64,000 nt of DNA from Sedimentibacter sp. (GTDB lineage Bacteria; Bacillota; Clostridia; Tissierellales; Sedimentibacteraceae). The stretch spans positions 8,075 through 72,074 of the forward strand of contig JAHDLA010000010.1 in assembly GCA_018436705.1 (NCBI GenBank). The letters run 5' to 3'. A program made the position numbers and the translations under genes. Under the pieces are notes generated by a model. The model saw only the letters and a program-made list of their open reading frames with translations. It had not been told where the DNA came from and searched no databases. Of this stretch, positions 58,224-64,000 are shown piece by piece (position 1 is the first letter of the stretch; each line of letters opens with the position of its first letter).

Positions 58224-58769
58224 TTAAATAATAGATATACTTTTTATATTTTCATTAACATACTCTTTAACCCAGAGTAAGATTTCACCACTCTTTATGC
58301 TTGCACCGTCAAGCACTTCTCTCACTTCAATAGTGTTCAAGGAAAATGTTCCCTCGTCGGTCTTATGGTTGTATATTAATTCACATTCTTCGAGACTGTT
58401 GACTATTGTCATAATTGTGTCACCCATATTTCCAAGGGGCGCTCTATCTATATTATTTCTTTCAAAACAGCATTTAATTACTGTCCCCTTACCTATTTCC
58501 GAATTTATTTCCATGCTTCCGTTGCATCTTTCACATGCTTCCTTCAGCATTGGTATGCCCAGTCCCACCTTTCTTGTTGTCCTGGTAGTAAAAAACGGAT
58601 CAGTTACAAGCTTAGCTGTTTCACTGCTCATACCGATTCCGTTATCCTTTATTGTAATTATTAAACAATTATTTTTAATGCTGTCGTATATGTTGATTTC
58701 TATTAATGTTGCTCCGGCTTTAATGCTGTTCATTACAATGTCAAGTATGTGCATTGATATTTCTTTCAT
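58224..58769 (-). CDS. HATPase_c protein (hydrogenase-cluster type)
   Basis: 'HILDIVMNS', 'DNGIGM', 'DPFFTTRTTRKVGLG', 'IDRAPLG'. Confidence 0.85.
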   Translation of the reverse strand: MKEISMHILDIVMNSIKAGATLIEINIYDSIKNNCLIITIKDNGIGMSSETAKLVTDPFFTTRTTRKVGLGIPMLKEACERCNGSMEINSEIGKGTVIKCCFERNNIDRAPLGNMGDTIMTIVNSLEECELIYNHKTDEGTFSLNTIEVREVLDGASIKSGEILLWVKEYVNENIKSISII

Positions 58770-59491
58770 GATCCCTCCGTACCGCAGTCATTGAACAAGT
58801 TGTTTATAAATAGATATTTGTAAATCTCATCTGCATTGTTAAGCTCAATACTGTTTACTGCCTCTGATATATCCGTTAAATAATGTGCATCTGAATTTTT
58901 TATAATTTTGTATTTTTTTATATCTTTCTCATTTATTTCCGTCTTAGTATAAATCTCTACAAAATTAATCTTAAGTCCCGGAGGAATGAACCCAAGTATG
59001 CCCAGGACACTGTTAGTTTTTTTATTTATATGAGCGGGAACCATTGTTCCGCAATATCTGCGAGCCAAGGAACACACTTCTTCAAGCGAATAGCCTGAAG
59101 CACTCAGCAAAAGCTTATCCAAAGTTCCCGTTACTTCATCTTTGTTGTTGTAAATATTCTGCTGTCCAAAAATTGACGGAATGTTTTTTATATCCGGAAG
59201 AGAATCATATATTAGTCTTCCGAACTCCATCGCCCTATCAAGGTTCATAAAATAGCAAAGAGCATGTACTTCTTCCTTTGTAGTAACCTCAATACCCGGT
59301 ATAAATTTAATTCCTCTATTGTCACACAATTGCAATAACGAAGGAAGATTTTCAGTAGTGTTGTGGTCTGTTACCGAAATAATATTTAATCCTTTTATAT
59401 ATGACATGTTTACAATATTGCTGGGAGTCATATCTTCGCTTGCACATGGCGACAAATCAGAATGGATATGCAAGTCATAATAATATTTCAT
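58766..59491 (-). CDS. PHP-domain phosphoesterase
   Basis: 'DLHIHS', 'TDHN', 'GIE...EEVH', 'PAH', 'NSDAH'; start moved to ATG 59491. Confidence 0.9.
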   Translation of the reverse strand: MKYYYDLHIHSDLSPCASEDMTPSNIVNMSYIKGLNIISVTDHNTTENLPSLLQLCDNRGIKFIPGIEVTTKEEVHALCYFMNLDRAMEFGRLIYDSLPDIKNIPSIFGQQNIYNNKDEVTGTLDKLLLSASGYSLEEVCSLARRYCGTMVPAHINKKTNSVLGILGFIPPGLKINFVEIYTKTEINEKDIKKYKIIKNSDAHYLTDISEAVNSIELNNADEIYKYLFINNLFNDCGTEGS

Positions 59492-59820
59492 TTTATTCCC
59501 ATGCTTTGCAGCCTGCAAGCTGTTTCATAGGCGCTTTCCTTTGATTTATACAGAGGAATTCCGTGTTCCTTTGCCTTTTCAATTGTTTCCTGTTCAACCT
59601 CCATGTCCTCAACTACAATAATGCAGGACAAATCCAGCAGTTCAGCAACAGCTACTATGTTAACATGTGTTTGAATTGTTATCCATGCATAGTTCATTTT
59701 TGCCTTTGACATCGCTATGCTAAGCAAGTCACCTATATATACTCCTTCAATTTCAATATCGTCTTTTGTATCATATAACGAATATAAATCCATTTTTTTT
59801 GCAAAATCTATAATTTTCAT
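59488..59820 (-). CDS. DRTGG-domain protein
   Basis: 'GVYIGDLLS', 'WITIQTHVNIVAVA'. Confidence 0.85.
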   Translation of the reverse strand: MKIIDFAKKMDLYSLYDTKDDIEIEGVYIGDLLSIAMSKAKMNYAWITIQTHVNIVAVAELLDLSCIIVVEDMEVEQETIEKAKEHGIPLYKSKESAYETACRLQSMGIK

Positions 59821-61073
59821 CTTCCCTCCTCAGTTATTTTGCTGGCTCTCAACACTACACAATTATAAAGAGTTGATTCATTATTATATACATCCTCTGC
59901 ATGAGCATAACAGGTTGGCGCTCCACATGAGCCACAGTCCAGACCGGGAAGTTTATCATATATTTCTTTTATTTTTTCTCTTTTGATAATTGCTTCCTTC
60001 ATATTAAATTTCCCTTGGTTTTCTTCCGGCTTAAGAGAAAATTTAAAGACCCCAGACTCATACATTTCATCAAATTCATCAAGTTCTTCTATTATGCTCT
60101 CATCTTTTGTGTTTCCCAAAATATAATTAATATTACTTTGAGCTATAAACGGATTTATTACATTGAACGTCCCTCCTACGCACCCCTGAACACAAGCAAG
60201 TGTCTCAACATAATCAACATTAGTAAGATTTCCGTTTTCTACTTCGTCAAGAATCTGGATTATGTTTTCCATTCCGTTTACAGCAATATAATTTGTAAGC
60301 CCCGCTGATTCCGATTGACCTCCTGATACAGCCCACTTTGTACCATTCAGCGAGGGGTATGAGCACAATCCGTTGTCTTCCTTAATAAGTTCTCTGTATA
60401 TTTCTCCGTAAATAGTGTTAAGAGGTATAACCCAGTCGACATACGGTTTGTAATCACCCACGGGATCCGTTACTGCAAGCAGCTTTGCCGGGCATGGTGA
60501 AAGATAAAACACACCAATTTCATCGTCCTTCAGATCCAGTTTCTTTTTTGCTTTTTCTCTGGCAAGCATCGCTGCAATTACCATTGGCTCCTTAATCAAA
60601 ATCAAATGATCCATCAATGAAGGATATCTGTTTTTTATTAATCTTACCACTGCAGGACAATTTGTTGAAATAAAAGGTCTTATTTTTTCTTCATTAATTT
60701 TTCTTTTTATAGCCATCCCTACCATTTCAGCCGCCCAGCTGGCATCATATACAGAATCAAACCCCAATTTCAGTATAGAATTCTGAACCTTGCATATATC
60801 AGTTCCTTTAGGAAACTGCCCATACAGCGGTGTGGATGAAATTGCAATTTTATGTTTATATGACGAAAAATGCATTTCTTCATACCATTCAATAGGCTCA
60901 GGCGTATACGCATTATACGGACAAACCTTTATGCATTCACCGCAATGTATGCATTTATCATTATTTATAAAAGCTTTTCCATCTACAAGCCTTATAGCTT
61001 GTGTTGGACATCTCTTGATGCAGTTTGTGCAGCATTTACATTTATCCTTATCAAACATTATTGAAAAATTCAT
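59817..61073 (-). CDS. Putative sensory [FeFe]-hydrogenase-like protein (group C/D type, no PAS)
   Basis: 2x CxxCxxCxxxC; divergent H-cluster motifs ISTNCPA / SPCPAK / ETLACVQGCVGG; C-terminal 'LPGLDCGSCGAPTC...C'. Confidence 0.8.
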   Translation of the reverse strand: MNFSIMFDKDKCKCCTNCIKRCPTQAIRLVDGKAFINNDKCIHCGECIKVCPYNAYTPEPIEWYEEMHFSSYKHKIAISSTPLYGQFPKGTDICKVQNSILKLGFDSVYDASWAAEMVGMAIKRKINEEKIRPFISTNCPAVVRLIKNRYPSLMDHLILIKEPMVIAAMLAREKAKKKLDLKDDEIGVFYLSPCPAKLLAVTDPVGDYKPYVDWVIPLNTIYGEIYRELIKEDNGLCSYPSLNGTKWAVSGGQSESAGLTNYIAVNGMENIIQILDEVENGNLTNVDYVETLACVQGCVGGTFNVINPFIAQSNINYILGNTKDESIIEELDEFDEMYESGVFKFSLKPEENQGKFNMKEAIIKREKIKEIYDKLPGLDCGSCGAPTCYAHAEDVYNNESTLYNCVVLRASKITEEGR

Positions 61074-61082
61074 GTTTGCCTC

Positions 61083-61508
61083 CTATAATAAAATAGTAAT
61101 TTTAATAACTGTGCCGTCACTGCTTGAAGTAATTTCAAAGTCATCAGAATATTTCATCATATTCGGCAGACCCATGCCTGCGCCAAAACCAAGTTCCCTG
61201 ACACTTTCTGTCGCAGTGGAGTATCCTTCAGTTAATGCAAGCTCCACATCTTTAATTCCGGGACCGGTATCCTGAGAAACAATAACTATTTTATCTTCAT
61301 ACAAATCACAGTGAAGCTGTCCTCCATATGAATGTATTACAATATTTATCTCCGCTTCATAAGATGTAATAGCTATCTTTCTGATAATATTTGCTTCTAT
61401 TCCCATTGACTTTAGTAAATTCTTGATGGTGCTCGACCCCTTGCCGGCAGCTATGAAATCATTTGCAACGATGTCAAAGCTGTACCGCTTTAAGAAACTT
61501 TCAGTCAT
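61083..61508 (-). CDS. RsbT-like Ser/Thr kinase / anti-sigma ATPase
   Basis: 'YEAEINIVIH', 'DTGPGI', 'GYSTA...GFGAGMGL'. Confidence 0.85.
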   Translation of the reverse strand: MTESFLKRYSFDIVANDFIAAGKGSSTIKNLLKSMGIEANIIRKIAITSYEAEINIVIHSYGGQLHCDLYEDKIVIVSQDTGPGIKDVELALTEGYSTATESVRELGFGAGMGLPNMMKYSDDFEITSSSDGTVIKITILL

Positions 61509-61854
61509 CCGATTCTATTCCCTTCATGCCGTTTAACACTAATTTTCCGCATGTTTTAAACATGGTATAATTTGTTGCAAGTACCGTTATTGAATTCTCC
61601 CGTGCAAGCTCTATTACTTCCTTGCACGGCTGCTTGCCTCTTACAAACAACACAGTGCACATGTCCAACATCTCTGCAGTTCTTATAACCTGAGCATTGT
61701 TTAATCCGGTAACAAGCAGCGACTCACTGTTGGCATATGCCAGCACATCACTCATCAAATCACTTGCAAATCCATGTTTTATGTCAGTATCATCCTTACT
61801 AAAATCAGTCAGTATTTCAGCGTTTAAAATTTCAGCCATCTCCTTAATTTTCAT
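61501..61854 (-). CDS. DRTGG-domain protein
   Basis: 'FASDLMSDVL', 'LVTGL.N.QVIRTAEM', 'VRGK'. Confidence 0.85.
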   Translation of the reverse strand: MKIKEMAEILNAEILTDFSKDDTDIKHGFASDLMSDVLAYANSESLLVTGLNNAQVIRTAEMLDMCTVLFVRGKQPCKEVIELARENSITVLATNYTMFKTCGKLVLNGMKGIESDD

Positions 61855-62235
61855 AAAGTCCCCAACTCCTATACTTATTTTTTTATAAAAGAAACATTGC
61901 TGTCAACATAACAGTTATTCATCATCTATCACTTTTTTATTTAAAGCTGATTGGTTTGTTTAACCGATTTATGTTACAGTCTTCCGATTAATATGTTTGT
62001 TATTTGTTTGTCAAATAACATTATGCCTGTTGTGAGTAAAGGATTTCCGTATTGCATTATGCACACATTGACTATATATTATAATATAATTATAATCCAT
62101 GCAGGAAAATATTACAAGAGAATTAAGGTCTGAATTTTTAGTATTCTTTCCATGAATATTCATATTATACCATAATTTTCTTGAAAATTTCTCTTTACAA
62201 ATTCCCTTGCATCACTTATAATAATAAAGCAGTTC

Positions 62236-62318
62236 GCGGTCGTGGCGGAACGGCAGACGCACTAGCTTGAGGGGCTAGCGAATGTATATTCGTGGGGGTT
62301 CAAATCCCCCCGACCGCA
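62236..62318 (+). tRNA. tRNA-Leu (GAG), CCA not encoded
   Basis: Acceptor GCGGTCG/CGACCGC-A; anticodon arm CTAGC-TTGAGGG-GCTAG; long variable arm; T-loop GTTCAAATC. Confidence 0.95.
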
Positions 62319-62320
62319 TT

Positions 62321-62361
62321 AAGAAAGACATATCCACATAAGTGTTGGATATGTCTTTCTT
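62321..62361 (+). terminator. Hairpin terminator after the tRNA
   Basis: AAGAAAGACATATCCA...TGGATATGTCTTTCTT. Confidence 0.75.
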
Positions 62362-62453
62362 GTATATACCATGCTCTGTTTTTAGCTAACAATATTTATC
62401 TTGTCAGTTTCATTTTCTTGACTTTGATAAAACGTCATTATATAATAAATTTA

Positions 62454-62476
62454 TTGCAAATGATATGCATTTGCAA
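62454..62476 (+). promoter_or_regulatory. Inverted repeat, candidate Fur-family (Zur-like) operator
   Basis: TTGCAAATG-N5-CATTTGCAA, containing TGCAAAT-G-ATATGCA (7-1-7), upstream of COG0523 genes. Confidence 0.5.
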
Positions 62477-62519
62477 ACACTTGAAATTATATTCGCACAC
62501 CAAAATATTGGAGGATTTT

Positions 62520-63476
62520 ATGGCTACAGATATTTATATTGTTTCCGGTTTTCTTGGAGCCGGCAAGACTACATTGATTCAAAAACTTATTAAAGAAGCA
62601 TTCATTGATGAAAAGGTTGTTTTGATTGAAAATGATTTTGGCGAAATAAGCGTTGATGCCGCACTGTTAAGATCCGGAGGAGTTGAAGTTAAGGAAATAA
62701 ATTCCGGATGTATTTGCTGCAGCCTTTCCGGTGATTTTGTTATCGCTTTGAAAGAGATTTTGAGCCAATTCAGTCCTGATAAAATTATAATTGAGCCATC
62801 CGGTGTTGGAAAACTTTCGGACATAGTAAAATCATGCAAAGATCCACGCGTCGCATCGCTTGCAAAAATAAAATCTAAAATTACTGTTGCAGATGTTAAA
62901 CGGTGTAAAATGTATCTAGATAATTTCGGAGAATTTTTTGAAGACCAAATTCAAAATGCCGATACTATTGTGCTAAGCCGTGCAGACATTTATCCTGATA
63001 AAATATATGATGCCGTTGGACTTATTAAAAAGCTTAATTCAAAATCTCGTATTTTTTCAGAGTCTTTGGATAAAATTAATTCGAATGAACTTTTATTTCA
63101 TAAAAGCAGGCATATCCATGTCAAGCACAGCATTTCCAATGAATGTGCATGTGGTCATCAACATGAACATAATTGTGACTGCGGCCATGATCATTCAGCC
63201 GATGAAATTTTCAGCACAGTTACCATACATACAGACAAGCTATTCAGCATAAATGAATTAAAAGACAAGGTTAACTTTATGGAGCAAAACGCATCAGGAA
63301 CTATTCTCAGGGCAAAGGGAATTTTGCGCAGTGAGAACGGATATTTAAATTTACAATACATTCCGGGAAACATTCAGTTGACAAAGTGCACAGTTGAAGG
63401 CAGTCCGATATTATGCATTATAGGCAAAAACTTAAGCTCTCGTGAGCTTGAATATATTTTTAGCGGAGAACAATAA
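62520..63476 (+). CDS. COG0523/CobW-family GTPase metallochaperone
   Basis: 'SGFLGAGKTT', 'ENDFG', 'GCICC', 'IEPSG', His/Cys-rich linker; start moved to ATG 62520 (GGAGG RBS). Confidence 0.92.
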   Translation: MATDIYIVSGFLGAGKTTLIQKLIKEAFIDEKVVLIENDFGEISVDAALLRSGGVEVKEINSGCICCSLSGDFVIALKEILSQFSPDKIIIEPSGVGKLSDIVKSCKDPRVASLAKIKSKITVADVKRCKMYLDNFGEFFEDQIQNADTIVLSRADIYPDKIYDAVGLIKKLNSKSRIFSESLDKINSNELLFHKSRHIHVKHSISNECACGHQHEHNCDCGHDHSADEIFSTVTIHTDKLFSINELKDKVNFMEQNASGTILRAKGILRSENGYLNLQYIPGNIQLTKCTVEGSPILCIIGKNLSSRELEYIFSGEQ

Positions 63477-64000
63477 TGAGCATACCTGTTTATGTAGCTA
63501 CCGGATTTCTTGATTCCGGAAAAACAACTTTTTTGAACAATTTGCTAAACAAAAATGAATCCAAAGAAATAAATATTCTTGTAGTACAGTTTGAAACCGG
63601 TGAAGAAGAAATAGACAGTATCAATGATAATTTTACTGTTATGTCATTCCGCAAAAAAACTCTGGAACAACAACCAGGAGAAATTTCAAAGCATATAGAT
63701 GATGTAATAGAAAAAAATGATTTTGATGAGGTATGGATTGAATGGAACGGAGTTGCATCAATATCTCAGCTTCAGTCTCTATTTTTGCATTCTTCACTGT
63801 ACAAAAAATGCAGTATACAAAAAATTTTTCATATTGCAGATGCCTGTGTTGTTGAAAATCTTATTGGAAGGACTGGAAATGCACTGGTTGATCAGATCTC
63901 CGAAAGTGATTTTATCGCACTTCGCAGTGTAGGATCTGCCTCTGAATTTCGCAGAATACGCAGGGCAATACGTGAAATTAATCCAGGTGTCTCTGTCTAC
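63476..64000 (+). CDS. Second CobW-like GTP-binding protein (partial, runs off the window)
   Basis: Not in the track; MSIPVYVATGFLDSGKTTFLNNLL...QFETGEEE...WIEWNG; TAATG overlap with the previous gene. Confidence 0.85.
   Translation, partial: MSIPVYVATGFLDSGKTTFLNNLLNKNESKEINILVVQFETGEEEIDSINDNFTVMSFRKKTLEQQPGEISKHIDDVIEKNDFDEVWIEWNGVASISQLQSLFLHSSLYKKCSIQKIFHIADACVVENLIGRTGNALVDQISESDFIALRSVGSASEFRRIRRAIREINPGVSVY

Noticed and set aside
61997-62014. Rex-like site TTGTTATTTGTTTGTCAA
   Set aside because: Three mismatches to TTGTTAA-N4-TTAACAA in an AT-rich region; equally explained as a -35 TTGACA on the minus strand.
62236-62520. tRNA-Leu as an island integration site, and the long N-terminus of ORF 62292
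   Set aside because: No integrase or duplicated tRNA 3' end in the window; the ORF extension overlaps the tRNA and terminator, and the real start is 62520.

Overview
AT-rich chromosomal segment from an anaerobic Firmicute (Clostridia/Tissierellia-like, inferred from gene content). No CRISPR array, prophage or transposase is visible. 1-14.4 kb: an ECF-sigma envelope operon ending in a partial mraY-like gene, a WYL/GyrI/radical-SAM/VOC module, and DUF1576, GGDEF, MATE and ALDH genes. At 14.5 kb the ORF track splits one gene in two; it reads as a Tat-lipoprotein selenoprotein with an in-frame UGA and a SECIS-like hairpin. 15.2-38.9 kb is a cobalamin-centred island with four cobalamin riboswitches: one canonical and three copies of a variant with an inverted kissing loop. 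They control (i) an SLH alpha-barrel + DUF4430 + ECF transporter operon resembling a split transcobalamin, (ii) a BtuH-like secreted protein plus a 2113-aa S-layer protein, (iii) a CoA-transferase, and (iv) no protein at all. The fourth has a consensus promoter, an intact expression platform and a ~250-nt structured non-coding region, making it a candidate B12-repressed sRNA and the best 'new system' candidate here. An OPT/PqqD/PepD peptide cluster is nested in the island. 38.9-64 kb is mostly housekeeping (gpsA, plsY, der, ferredoxin, yaaT, holB, darA, tmk, bofA, pncAB), then rnfCDGEAB preceded by a sensory [FeFe]-hydrogenase kinase/phosphatase cluster, tRNA-Leu(GAG) and two COG0523 GTPases. 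All calls come from motif recognition by eye; no database searches or folding programs were run.
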